Below, in pieces: positions 37,162-46,989 of a DNA stretch of 64,000 bases. The number at the start of each line of letters is the position of its first letter. The first letter of the stretch is position 1. The notes beneath the pieces are model-generated. The model made no database searches and was not told the DNA's origin. It saw nothing but the letters and a program-made list of their open reading frames with translations. Both the position numbers and the translations under genes were made by a program. The stretch comes from a virus: IMG/VR virus record IMGVR_UViG_3300036852_000741, positions 1-64,000 of that record; one strand, given 5' to 3'.

Positions 37162-37860
37162 GCTACGTCGTCGTGCTTTGGCGGATCGGCGTCGAGGGAA
37201 CCGACGTGGCCTACCACGACGTGATCGTCGGGCCGTTTAGGAGCGAGGAGCGCGCGGAGGAGGTCGCTGCTCGCATCTCTAGGCGTGCGGCGAAATGCGG
37301 CGATGACGTGACCGTCACGGTGAGGCCGATCGCGCCCGCGGGCATCGCTGCCATTGATGCGCTGGAGTGGTTCTCCGAGACGGCCGGATGACCGGCTACG
37401 TGATCTTCGAGCGTGACTCTGAGCGGCGCCTAGCGGCGGCGTGGAATGCGGTTGAGGCGGAGGGCAAGGCGCGGGCGCTGGAGGCTGCCGGTCATGCGGT
37501 CGGCATCGCTACCGTCGAGGTGAGCGACGGGGCGCTCCGGGCGGCCCGTCGTCCCAGGCCGCAGGTGCCCTACGGTTACCGTCTGCGCACTCGATCGCCG
37601 CTGGCGCGCAGCACGATGGCCAAGCCGTGGCGTCGGCAGTGGGTGTGGGCGCTTCGCGACATCGCCGCAGCCGGCGATTGGACGACCTGGGGGCACGGGC
37701 ATCTCACGGCGCCGATCCAGAACGCGCTGGAGGCGCGTGGCGCCATCCTGGTGGCGGTGCCGGCGCGCGGGCGGGGGCGCTATCTGTTCAAGGCGACCGA
37801 ACACGGGCGTGCGCTGCTCGCGGAGCGCGCTGCCGGGCGCCTGCGAATCGACGGGTGACC

Positions 37861-37879
37861 TAGCTCACGATGTGTGCTA
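37861..37879 (+). promoter_or_regulatory. operator/promoter repeat
   Basis: TAGCTCACGATGTGTGCTA-TCCT. Confidence 0.8.
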
Positions 37880-37931
37880 TCCTTGGGGTGGTGCTGAGAG
37901 GCACGATTCCCGACCAAGGAGGCAAGGTCCA

Positions 37932-38150
37932 GTGGAGAAGGTCATCACCGTGCGCCGCTCGCGGCGGACCGGGACGACTGTCGCGCTGATCGACAACCGC
38001 GATGAGTCCTTCGACGTGGGCGGTCTGCCGTGGATCACGCTCTGCGAGGACCACGGCAACTACTGCGAGCACGAGACGCGCAAGCTCGCGGAGAGTCACG
38101 CGCCTGAGCCCGACCAGTGGTGCGCGGGCTGTCAGGGGGGCGAGGCATGA
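37932..38150 (+). CDS. small Cys/His protein
   Basis: W.TLCEDHG..WCAGC; repeat RBS. Confidence 0.6.
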   Translation: MEKVITVRRSRRTGTTVALIDNRDESFDVGGLPWITLCEDHGNYCEHETRKLAESHAPEPDQWCAGCQGGEA

Positions 38151-38488
38151 CAAAGCTCATCAAGGACCTGCCCAACGCCAACATGCTGGTCGAACTCTCC
38201 GGCGGCGGTGAGGCCACGCTGTCGCGCATGGATGGCAGGTGGGCGGTGGCGCGCCGGGACTACTACACCGGCGCTTTCCTGATGGCCACCAGCGGTGATC
38301 GCCGGGCGGCGCGCAGGACCGTCGAGGCGTGGGCCAACGGCGAGGGCCGCGCGGAACTGGACAGGCGCTTCCGTGCCAACCGCATCGCCTACAACAAGCG
38401 CCGGATCGAGGAGCTACAGCGCAACCTGCGCGATCGCGAGGCGAAGCTCGCCAGGCTCATCGAGGAGGAGGAAGGCGCTGATGTATGA
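38147..38488 (+). CDS. hypothetical protein
   Basis: Coupled ORF with coiled-coil C-terminus. Confidence 0.55.
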   Translation: MTKLIKDLPNANMLVELSGGGEATLSRMDGRWAVARRDYYTGAFLMATSGDRRAARRTVEAWANGEGRAELDRRFRANRIAYNKRRIEELQRNLRDREAKLARLIEEEEGADV

Positions 38489-38510
38489 CCCCGACCAAGG
38501 AGGCAGTGAG

Positions 38511-38813
38511 ATGACGACCACGCTGAATGCCACCGAGCGTGGCGTGATGGACGCGCTGATCGCCTGGTGCGAGGCGAACCCTCGCAGCGCCGCGCGGATC
38601 GTCTGGGCGGATGGCCGTAGGCACACCGGCTACCTGACGGTGACCCGCCTCAGCGATGGGCGGGTCTCCGTGAGCGTGCGCAACTCCGATCGTCTGCACG
38701 GCCAGTATCGAACCGTGAGCGATTGGATGCTTGCGGGCGAGCAGTTGCAGATCAAGGTGGGCGCTCGCTATCGCCCTGCCCCGGAGGTCATTCTAGCTCA
38801 CGATGTGTGCTAA
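38511..38813 (+). CDS. hypothetical protein
   Basis: CCCGACCAAGGAGG RBS; reads through the next repeat. Confidence 0.55.
   Translation: MTTTLNATERGVMDALIAWCEANPRSAARIVWADGRRHTGYLTVTRLSDGRVSVSVRNSDRLHGQYRTVSDWMLAGEQLQIKVGARYRPAPEVILAHDVC
38794..38812 (+). promoter_or_regulatory. operator/promoter repeat
   Basis: TAGCTCACGATGTGTGCTA-AGCT. Confidence 0.8.
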
Positions 38814-38852
38814 GCTGTAGGTAGGCAAGAACCCCGACCAAGGAGGCAAGCG

Positions 38853-39428
38853 ATGGACTATTCGACTCTCGACCTGCGCTTCGGCCACACGAGCGCGGAG
38901 ACCGCCCTGGCGGTCGAGGACTATCCGTACGGTTTCCATCTGCGGACGACGATCCGCTACTGGATCGAGTCGAAGGCCAAGCATGGCGACCGGCTCGTCT
39001 CGCAGACCCTGAATCCGAAGACGGGCCGCTGGAACAAGCCCAAGGCTGGGACGTACTCCACGCTCCAGGTCCTCTACGTCAACGAGGAGGGGCACGTCAA
39101 GACGGTCGGCCTGGGCACCTGGCCCGACGAGGATCAGATTGCCCGCTTCTGTGCGGCGGTCGGCGCCGAGCGGCTCAACGAGGTCCAGAAGCGCGAGCTT
39201 GCCGGCCTGATCGGGCGCACCCGGGTCTTCAAGCACGTGACCTGGAAGGCCGAGGGGCAGGGCACCTACAACCTCTCCGAGCCCGGCGAGCTTGAGCGCA
39301 TGAAGGCCGACGACGAGGCACGCAAGGACAAGGATGCCGAGCAGGCGGCGATCATGGAGCGCATCTGGAGGGCGTGTGCGGTCGAGGCCAGCCAGGCGCA
39401 TGAGGCGCTGACCGGAGGCGAGTCGTGA
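38853..39428 (+). CDS. hypothetical phage protein
   Basis: HTS.ETA..V.DYPYGF.LR..RYWIE..QT.NPKTG.WNKPK..TY. Confidence 0.75.
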   Translation: MDYSTLDLRFGHTSAETALAVEDYPYGFHLRTTIRYWIESKAKHGDRLVSQTLNPKTGRWNKPKAGTYSTLQVLYVNEEGHVKTVGLGTWPDEDQIARFCAAVGAERLNEVQKRELAGLIGRTRVFKHVTWKAEGQGTYNLSEPGELERMKADDEARKDKDAEQAAIMERIWRACAVEASQAHEALTGGES

Positions 39429-39719
39429 GCGTGAAGACCAGCGCCACCCGCTTCCACGCCGACGACGGACGACTGCTCGCCAGCGTCATCCGCATGGGCA
39501 ACTACCGCGTTCGGCTGTACGGCCCGGACGAGCAGGTCATCGAATACAGCGAATGGGCCACCAGGGACGCGGCCTTCAACGTCGCACGCCGCTACGCGCG
39601 CACGTAGGACTAGAGCGTCGCCCAGCCTGGCGTCCGCTCACAATGTGGGCTAGTATCCGAAGTCGGGTTCCCGGCCAGAGGTAGACCGTATGCGGGCCTG
39701 GTTCCCGGAGGGAGAATCA

Positions 39720-40238
39720 ATGGCCAGGGTGCCAGTAGTGCCGAAGATGACGCCGGGGGCGGCCACGGCCACTCTCGTGCGTTCGCTAGAGCAAGCCCGC
39801 CGCGAGGTGGAGCGCCGCCGCGATGCCGTGCTGAACGAGATGAACCGCGAGATTCGAGCGCTCGACCGGGCGGTGAGGATTCTCCGGGGCGAGCGCCCGC
39901 TCGCAGACAAGTCCGATCCGGTGAAGATCGCCGGTCGCAAGAACGTCGAGGCGGTCCGCGAGTACCTGTGCCAGCGAGAGGCGGCCAGCCAGGCGGCCAT
40001 CGGCAAGGCGTTGGACCTCAACAGCGGCACGCTGTCCTGGGTGATGAAGGCCCTCCAGGAGGAGGGCAGCGTCAAGCCGACAGGCCGTGAGGGGCGCTCG
40101 CGTGTGTGGAGCTACATCGGCTTGCCGGTGGTCCTCAAGGGCGGAGGCGCGGAGGGGAGCGCGACGGGAAGCGGGGAGCGTGACTCCCGTCCTAGTGCGC
40201 AGGGCGTGAGCCGGCCGGGCCGCCGCCGGGCCAGCTAG
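39720..40238 (+). CDS. coiled-coil plus winged-helix protein
   Basis: SQAAIGKALDLNSGTLSWVMKALQEEG; degenerate repeat at 39634-39652 upstream. Confidence 0.6.
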   Translation: MARVPVVPKMTPGAATATLVRSLEQARREVERRRDAVLNEMNREIRALDRAVRILRGERPLADKSDPVKIAGRKNVEAVREYLCQREAASQAAIGKALDLNSGTLSWVMKALQEEGSVKPTGREGRSRVWSYIGLPVVLKGGGAEGSATGSGERDSRPSAQGVSRPGRRRAS

Positions 40239-40847
40239 AGTCCGGCGGCGTGGAGGACTCCGAGGTAGCCGCGCTCGTCCGCGAGGTCGCCGCAAGACGT
40301 GAGCAAGTCCTCGCCCTGGGGCGCGAGCGGGACTGGTACCGCGAGCGCTACGATCGTGCGCTTGCCCTGCTGCTGCGCATCGAGCGCTGCGATGCCTGGG
40401 GGCCGCTGGTACGCGAGTGGCTGTGTGCTGAGGAGGCGCTGTCGTGAGTGGGTCCGCTGTCCCCTGGTACCACGAGGTCGTTGCCACGTGCCCCGTGTGC
40501 GGCAGGCCGGTGCACCGTGACGATCCGAGGGCGCTGGAGATTCGCGAGAAGGACGACACCCGGCTGCGGCGGCTCGGGCATCTGCGCTGCGTGCGCCCGG
40601 ACTGGAAGCCATGAGACATGGACGAGACGGACGCCCAAGCGCAGCGACGCAGGCGCGCCGCGCACCGCAGTCGCCACTATGACTATCGCTCTGGCCGCTA
40701 CCTCTATCTCGTGGGGTGTGAGGCGAAGCTAGCCAGGAACCGTGGGCCTGGGGTGCGATGGTGGTACGTCTCGGGCCCAGGCGCGGCGTCGCCCACCAGT
40801 TCGGCGTGATGTAGTGGCCAGGCCGGGCGGGGGGTAACCTCAGACCC

Positions 40848-41123
40848 ATGGCGGCATACGCCACGGTCAACGAGAGGCTGCCCCGGCCGGCCAGGCTCAT
40901 CGACCAGGCGGATGTCATCTGCCCGGCTGGGTGTGTCGCCAGGGCGGGGGGTGGCGTGCTGTGCCGGATCGAGGGGGACGTGATCGACGCGCGGCTCAAC
41001 CCCCTGTCGGTCGGGGACTTCTGCCTGGGCGACTACCAGTCTTGTCCGACCTGGAGGGCACACAAGAACGCCATCAGTGCCGGCAGCGAGCGGGCCTTCC
41101 GGGAGGCGCTGGGCACGAGGTGA
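40848..41123 (+). CDS. Cys-containing hypothetical protein
   Basis: FCLGDYQSCPTW. Confidence 0.5.
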   Translation: MAAYATVNERLPRPARLIDQADVICPAGCVARAGGGVLCRIEGDVIDARLNPLSVGDFCLGDYQSCPTWRAHKNAISAGSERAFREALGTR

Positions 41124-41331
41124 CCGCATGTCCACCTACATCCGTCAGGGCGACTACCTCACGAACGGTCGGCGGCTGGTCCAGGTGCAGATGCTGCTGC
41201 CCGACGGCGAGGCGCTGGTCGAAGACGCTCAGACCTATCGCGAGGAGCACATGAGCGCCCGCGAGCTAAGCACGTGGATGCCCCCTCGCGACTGGGCGCT
41301 GGCCCACCGACACCGAAAGGCGGCCTGAGCC

Positions 41332-43323
41332 GTGGCACAACGCAAGGGGGGCTGGGTGACGCGGCTGCAAGAGGCCGTCGAGGAGAGGACGGGCTACACC
41401 GTCGCGGAGAAGGGGCGGCTCGACCTGCTGGAGGCGGCGGCGACGGAGGGCCGGGCGCTGCGCCGGGAACTGGACCTCATCGGCTGGAGCGTCCTCGACT
41501 ACCTCAGCGGGCAGCCCCAGGAATTGCGCTTCGAGGAGCGCAAGAAGATGGCCCAGCAGGCGCGCATGGTCTGGGCCCAGGACCCGCAGGCCGGCGCGGC
41601 GGTGGACCTCTCCAACGACTTCGTGTTCGGCCGCGGCGTGCCCAGGCCCAAGTGTCGCGACGAGGCGGTGCAGGAGGTCGTGGACGAGGCGTGGGCCGAT
41701 CCCGACAACCAGGCTGTGCTGACCTCTTACGAGGCCCAGATCGCGCTCAACACCGACCTGGAGCTTCAGAGCAACCTCTTTTTGCTGATGTTCGACGGCG
41801 GCGAGGATGGCAAGGTCAAGCTCGGGCTGCTGGATCACGACACGGTGGAGAACGCGGTGCGCGATCCGCAAAACCGCCTGCGGGTCCTCTACTACGTCGC
41901 CAAGACGCGCCACTTCGAGTGGGACTTCACCCACGATCGCCCCGCTCTGCCGGGTGCCGGCGGCAAGCCGCTGGTGTCCAAGACGATGTACTACGACCAC
42001 TGGCGCAACGTGGCCGACGCCGAGGAGGAGGAACGAGAGGAGCCGCTTCCCAAGCCGCCCAAGGAGAAGCACGCTGACGGCAAGGTGCGCCACGTGGCCG
42101 TCAACCGCACCGCGGAGATGGCCTTCGGGGTGCCGCGGATGCGGCGCACGATCCGCTGGTTCACGGCATACAACGACCTGCTCAAGGCGCGCGTGGACAT
42201 GGCGCAGGCCGCCGCCGCGTTCATCATGAAGCGCAAGGTCCAGGGGACGCCGACGCAGCTTGCCAAGCTGGCCGCCAAGGCGGTGTCGCGGAGGAGTGAC
42301 CTGGCGGAGAGCGGCACGCTGACGGGCCCCCGGCCGGCGTCGGTGCTCAGCGAGTCAGAGACCGTCGAGCACGAGCCGCTGAGCCTGGACTCGGGCGCCG
42401 CCAACGCCGCCCAGGACGCGCAGATGATCCGCGCGCAGGTGAGTGCCGCCACCCACTTCCCGCAGCATTACTTCGGCGGTGAGCCCGGCAGTTTGGCCGG
42501 GGCCACCGCCGCCGAGCTTCCGGTCATCAAGCACATCGAGGGGCGCCAGGAGGTGTGGGAGGGCGTCTTCCGCTGGTTCATCGACCGGGTGATCGAGAAG
42601 GCGGTGGACGACGGGCGCCTGGATCGCTACATCGAGGGCGAGGCGGCCGGGGGGCAGGGAGCCGAGGCGATCGGCAGCCCGAACGGCGGAGCGCCGGAGT
42701 GGGCGCCGGACCTGGGCGCACCGGCAGGCTCGCCGTATCTGGGCGAGGCCCACGAGGACCAGGCCGACGACGAGCGCTCGACCGAGCGCGACCTGTCCTA
42801 CGAGTTCTCGATGCCCAACGCGCTCAAGCGGATGATGGCCGACCTGGTGGGCGCGGTGACCAACATCGCGCGCACCTTCGACCCCAACAACACCAACGTC
42901 GAACTGAGCCGCATCCTGCTGGCGATCGTGCTGGGGGAGGGCCTGGAGGTCGAGGACCCGCAGGGCCTGGTGGAGCGCATCTTCCCCGAGGACTACGTGG
43001 ACCCGGCGGTCGCAGCGGCGCAGGCGGCAGCCCAAGGCGGCGGCCCTCCGGGCGAAGGAGAGCCGCCGACGGCCACGGGCGCCGACGGCGAGCAGCACGG
43101 GGCAGGCAACCCATACGGGGCACCCATGAACTCGCCGTACCCCGAGGAGATGGCGCAGGGGCTCAGCGAGGCGCGCTTCGGCGACCTCTCCGACGTGCTC
43201 CAGGTACGTCAGCGCGGCCGGGTCACCGAGGTCGAAAGGATGTTCAACGAGGAGGTGCGATCCGTCGTAGACGAGGCATTGGCGGGCCTGCTCGCCGGTG
43301 CGTCAACCAACGGCAAGCACTAG
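41332..43323 (+). CDS. probable portal protein
   Basis: 663 aa between TerL and the MuF protein; DP.AGAAVD..DFVFG.G, W.DPDN, P.HYFG portal-like patterns. Confidence 0.75.
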   Translation: MAQRKGGWVTRLQEAVEERTGYTVAEKGRLDLLEAAATEGRALRRELDLIGWSVLDYLSGQPQELRFEERKKMAQQARMVWAQDPQAGAAVDLSNDFVFGRGVPRPKCRDEAVQEVVDEAWADPDNQAVLTSYEAQIALNTDLELQSNLFLLMFDGGEDGKVKLGLLDHDTVENAVRDPQNRLRVLYYVAKTRHFEWDFTHDRPALPGAGGKPLVSKTMYYDHWRNVADAEEEEREEPLPKPPKEKHADGKVRHVAVNRTAEMAFGVPRMRRTIRWFTAYNDLLKARVDMAQAAAAFIMKRKVQGTPTQLAKLAAKAVSRRSDLAESGTLTGPRPASVLSESETVEHEPLSLDSGAANAAQDAQMIRAQVSAATHFPQHYFGGEPGSLAGATAAELPVIKHIEGRQEVWEGVFRWFIDRVIEKAVDDGRLDRYIEGEAAGGQGAEAIGSPNGGAPEWAPDLGAPAGSPYLGEAHEDQADDERSTERDLSYEFSMPNALKRMMADLVGAVTNIARTFDPNNTNVELSRILLAIVLGEGLEVEDPQGLVERIFPEDYVDPAVAAAQAAAQGGGPPGEGEPPTATGADGEQHGAGNPYGAPMNSPYPEEMAQGLSEARFGDLSDVLQVRQRGRVTEVERMFNEEVRSVVDEALAGLLAGASTNGKH

Positions 43324-43329
43324 GAGGGC

Positions 43330-43521
43330 ATGGGAATGCTTGCGCTCTCTCGCGCCGATACCGTCTCGGTCGAGGCGCTGCTCGTGGGCCTGCTCGTCAC
43401 GGTTCTCGTGGCGGCGGTCGTGTACTTCGGAGGACGGGAGGTGGCCCCGCGGTGGGCGGGAGGCGGCGCCTTCATCGTCCTGCTCGTCGGCTGCCTGCTG
43501 ACGCTGCTCGCTGCGCTGTAG
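43330..43521 (+). CDS. small two-TM membrane protein
   Basis: Two hydrophobic helices; AGGAGG RBS. Confidence 0.55.
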   Translation: MGMLALSRADTVSVEALLVGLLVTVLVAAVVYFGGREVAPRWAGGGAFIVLLVGCLLTLLAAL

Positions 43522-43911
43522 AGGGGAACGGGGTGTTTGAGCATGGTCTTTTTCAGCACGGAGACGCCGGGGATCGTGGGCTTCGCGGTGCACGTAGGGC
43601 CACTGGCGGTGTGCCTTGCCCTGGGCCATATCCCCACCATGGAAGCGGTTGGCGCGGCCGTAGACTCCGGGGCAGATGGCGTTCCCTCGCGAACTCGGGG
43701 TAGCTCTAGCCGCGTTGCCTAGACCACCAGGGGTGGGGACCGACGCGGTGGCGTCCTGGTATTCGGTCCCCACCCGGCCCTTTCTCGCATGTTTGGTGCG
43801 CGGGCATGACTGGACTCAGCAGGCGCAGATAGACGCACCGTCGGGCCGGCGTTTCACGGTGTACCTGTGCGCCCAGTGCGGGGTGCGCATCCAGTACGAC
43901 GAGTCGTTCTG

Positions 43912-46900
43912 ATGGCGGCGCGGCGCCCGCAGCCCGCACCACCGCCGAGCTTTGACCAGGCAGCCCAGGGGCAGGACGCCGGCTCGCTCAGTGCGCCGGT
44001 AGCCGGCCTCGCCGTCGGGGGTGTGGGCGCTGGTGCCGGAGTGGGCGCCGGCTACGTGGCGGGGGCCGTCACCGCCGCCGCGGGCGCTGCCGCGATCGCC
44101 AAGGCCACCAAGGCGATCCTCGCCGCGCTCGTGCGGTTCTTCAGGCGCAAGAACGCCGACGACCTGGTGTGGCTCGTGGGCGCCCTGCGCCAGGCCCGAG
44201 CGGCGGAGGGCGTCACCGACGACGAGCTACGCGCGATCGCCCGCGACGAAATCAAGCTGGAGCAGCAGTTTCAGAAGAAGGCGATGGCCCGCTGGGCCGC
44301 GGCGCTGCCCAGGCTCCTGGCGATCGCCGACCCGCAGGAGCGTAACTCCGCGATCGCCAAGTTCCAGGCCCTCGAACGCCACTATCTCAACCTGCGCCAG
44401 CAGGCGATGGTCACCCGCGCCGACTCCCGCATCGAGCAGCGCCTGCTCAAGGAGCTATCCCCCCGCGGCGCCTACTGGAAGCTGTCGCCCTTCGTGATGA
44501 AGTCCACCCCCGACTGCATCGCCCTCGCCGGCAAGGTGTGGCCGTGGAGCGTGATAGATGCCGTGGGCCCACCGCCCCGGCATTTTGGTTGCGCGTGCAC
44601 CCTCTACGGAGTGGACGAGGCCAAGGCCGCCGGCTGGATCACCGACGCCCAGGTCCCCACCGACGAGCACGCCGCGCTGCGCCAGGCCCGCGACCTCCTG
44701 CGCCGAGCCGAGAAGCTGGAGGAGGCCGTCGGCGAGCACTTCGACCACTGGGCGGCTTATCACGACGGTAAGACCGAGGACCCCCCCACCCGGGTTGCTG
44801 CCCTCGCGCTCGACCACTTTTTGGAGGAGGGCCACAAACCAAAAGCTACGCAGGCGGAGGAAGCGGCCTACGAGGAGCACCTCCACCCCCGAAACCGACT
44901 CGGGCGCTGGGCCGAGGTCCTCAAGTACAACCCCCACCTCCCCGGCGAGGCGCGCAACAGCCGCTACCGCGACGCCGAAGGCAAGCTCACCGGGCACATC
45001 GAGTACGGGCCGAAGTTCCTGGACCTCCCCGCCCGCCAGCAGGAGCACGTGCTCGCCCACGAGATAGGCCACGACCTGGACGACGACCTGCTGCGCGACC
45101 CGCACTCCTGGGTGTGGGACGAGTGGAACTGGGCCGACCGCGCCTTCGAGCACCTCATGGGCGGGCCGAACACCACCCCGGGCGAGCGCATCGCAGACGC
45201 CTACGCCGCCGCGTTCGTGGGCAGCGTCGAGGACGCCGTGCGCTGGCCGGCGGTGCTGCGCATCGCCCAAGAGGCCAAGGCGCGCGGGCTCCCGATCCAC
45301 GAGCGCATCGAGGCACTGCTGCCCGAGGAGCCCAACGACGAGCCCGGCGAGGTGCTGGCCGACCTGGACTGGCGCGCCGGCTACGAGGGGCGCAGGCGCT
45401 GGGAGGCGCTACCCGACGACGCCTGGGTGTGGCTGTTTCACGCCACCCGCCGTGAGGACGCCGAGGCGTTCGCGCAGCGCGGCATCGACCCGCTGGCCAA
45501 GCCGCGTTCGCTGGCGCGCGAGCGCTACGAGGCCGGCGAGCACGCCACCTTCCAGCCGGGTGCCGGCGTCGGCGGCGGCCTGTACGTCTCCCCCACCGCG
45601 CATGGCGCCAGCGGCTACGGCCGCGAGCTACTGGCGGTCAAGGTCCGCAAGCGCGACGTGATCGTGCCGCCCGAGCAGCACGGGGCGACGGTGGCGATGG
45701 CGCTGGGCGTCAGCGACGCGATGGTGGCCAGGGCGATCCCACCCGAGCACGTGCGACGCATCGAGACCGGTGGACGGGAGCTAGCGCCGGAGGCGGCAGC
45801 GGCGCTCCTGCGCGAGCCGAAGGCCGAGCCCGCCCGGCGACTGTACGGGGCGACCCCCGAGCGCCTGGCCGACTTCGCCGCGGCGCTGCACAGGCTGGAC
45901 CGGATCACCCGGGCGGACGTGGAGGCGGGGCGAGTGCCGGGCGTGGCGATGGGCGGGCTGGCCGCGGGCGTCGCGGGACGTGCGGACCTGGCGGAGGGGA
46001 CGATCACGCTCACCCCGAGCAGCTTCAACGCGGACGGCACGATCGACTCCGTGCACTTCGCCCACGAGGTCGGGCACTTCCTCGTGCACGCGGTCCTGCG
46101 TGACGGCAAGGTGCCACCCGAGCTTGAGGCGATGGCGGCGGGGCATGGTCGGGCCGAGGGGCGCTACGGCAAGATCGCCGGGGAGGGCGCCAGGCTGTTT
46201 GGGCCGGACGCCAAGCTGCCGGAGGAGTTCATCGCGGACTCCTACGCCGACCTGATCCACGGCCGAGCGGAGTTCTCCTACGTGCCGGGCCTGGACGGAC
46301 CCGATGATCCCGAGTCCCGCGAGGCGGCGCTGCGCGAGTTCGACGCCAGGCCGCAGACGCGGTGGCTGCGCTGGCTGGCGGGCGTGGCCGGGGAGCACGG
46401 CCTGCCCGACCGGGGCCTGTGGCGGTTCGTGCGCGACGAGGACGGCATCTACCGACTCGTGGCGCGTGAACTCCAGGAGGCCGAGTACGACGACACGCTG
46501 CACCCAAGGGGCCGCCTTGAGACGGTCGGGCATGAACTGCCACGGCTGGAGTGGGTGGACCCGCCGCCGCTCAAGCCCAGAACCGGCGAGCGCAAGGCGG
46601 GCGGTTTCACCGCGACCGGCCAGACGACTACCAAGCTCGGCGACCTGATCGAGGGCCTGCTTGTGGGCCAGCTTGGACTGCGGTCGCTGCTGCCGGAGGG
46701 CGGGCGCCAAAGCCCGCTGGACGCGGGGATTGGCGAGTGGGGCTTCGAGGTCAAGGTGGTCACGACGGCGGCGTCCGAACTGAAGATCAAGCCCAAGAAG
46801 CACGAGGTGGCGAGCAAGGTCGCCTACGCGCAGGAGAACGGGCTGACGGCGGCGTCGATGATCGTGGTGGTGGACGTGGACGCCAAGAGGGCGTGGGCCT

Positions 46901-46989
46901 ATTGGCGTGAGGGGATCGGCGCCTACCGACTCACGAGGGAGCCCCCGTGGCATTTCATGGGGTCGCTGGAGCTACCGGCGGCGGCGTGA
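43912..46989 (+). CDS. MuF-domain minor head polyprotein with effector domains
   Basis: C.ALAGKVW..PPRHFGCAC MuF motif; HEIGH and HEVGH; LFHAT..GLYVS..YG ART-like region; D..FEVK nuclease-like C-terminus. Confidence 0.75.
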   Translation: MAARRPQPAPPPSFDQAAQGQDAGSLSAPVAGLAVGGVGAGAGVGAGYVAGAVTAAAGAAAIAKATKAILAALVRFFRRKNADDLVWLVGALRQARAAEGVTDDELRAIARDEIKLEQQFQKKAMARWAAALPRLLAIADPQERNSAIAKFQALERHYLNLRQQAMVTRADSRIEQRLLKELSPRGAYWKLSPFVMKSTPDCIALAGKVWPWSVIDAVGPPPRHFGCACTLYGVDEAKAAGWITDAQVPTDEHAALRQARDLLRRAEKLEEAVGEHFDHWAAYHDGKTEDPPTRVAALALDHFLEEGHKPKATQAEEAAYEEHLHPRNRLGRWAEVLKYNPHLPGEARNSRYRDAEGKLTGHIEYGPKFLDLPARQQEHVLAHEIGHDLDDDLLRDPHSWVWDEWNWADRAFEHLMGGPNTTPGERIADAYAAAFVGSVEDAVRWPAVLRIAQEAKARGLPIHERIEALLPEEPNDEPGEVLADLDWRAGYEGRRRWEALPDDAWVWLFHATRREDAEAFAQRGIDPLAKPRSLARERYEAGEHATFQPGAGVGGGLYVSPTAHGASGYGRELLAVKVRKRDVIVPPEQHGATVAMALGVSDAMVARAIPPEHVRRIETGGRELAPEAAAALLREPKAEPARRLYGATPERLADFAAALHRLDRITRADVEAGRVPGVAMGGLAAGVAGRADLAEGTITLTPSSFNADGTIDSVHFAHEVGHFLVHAVLRDGKVPPELEAMAAGHGRAEGRYGKIAGEGARLFGPDAKLPEEFIADSYADLIHGRAEFSYVPGLDGPDDPESREAALREFDARPQTRWLRWLAGVAGEHGLPDRGLWRFVRDEDGIYRLVARELQEAEYDDTLHPRGRLETVGHELPRLEWVDPPPLKPRTGERKAGGFTATGQTTTKLGDLIEGLLVGQLGLRSLLPEGGRQSPLDAGIGEWGFEVKVVTTAASELKIKPKKHEVASKVAYAQENGLTAASMIVVVDVDAKRAWAYWREGIGAYRLTREPPWHFMGSLELPAAA

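Noticed and set aside
24611-39652. Operator repeats as a CRISPR array or classical integron attC sites
   Set aside because: Spacing is gene-sized and irregular, there are no RYYYAAC/GTTRRRY ends or integrase in the window, and the repeats embed -10 elements.
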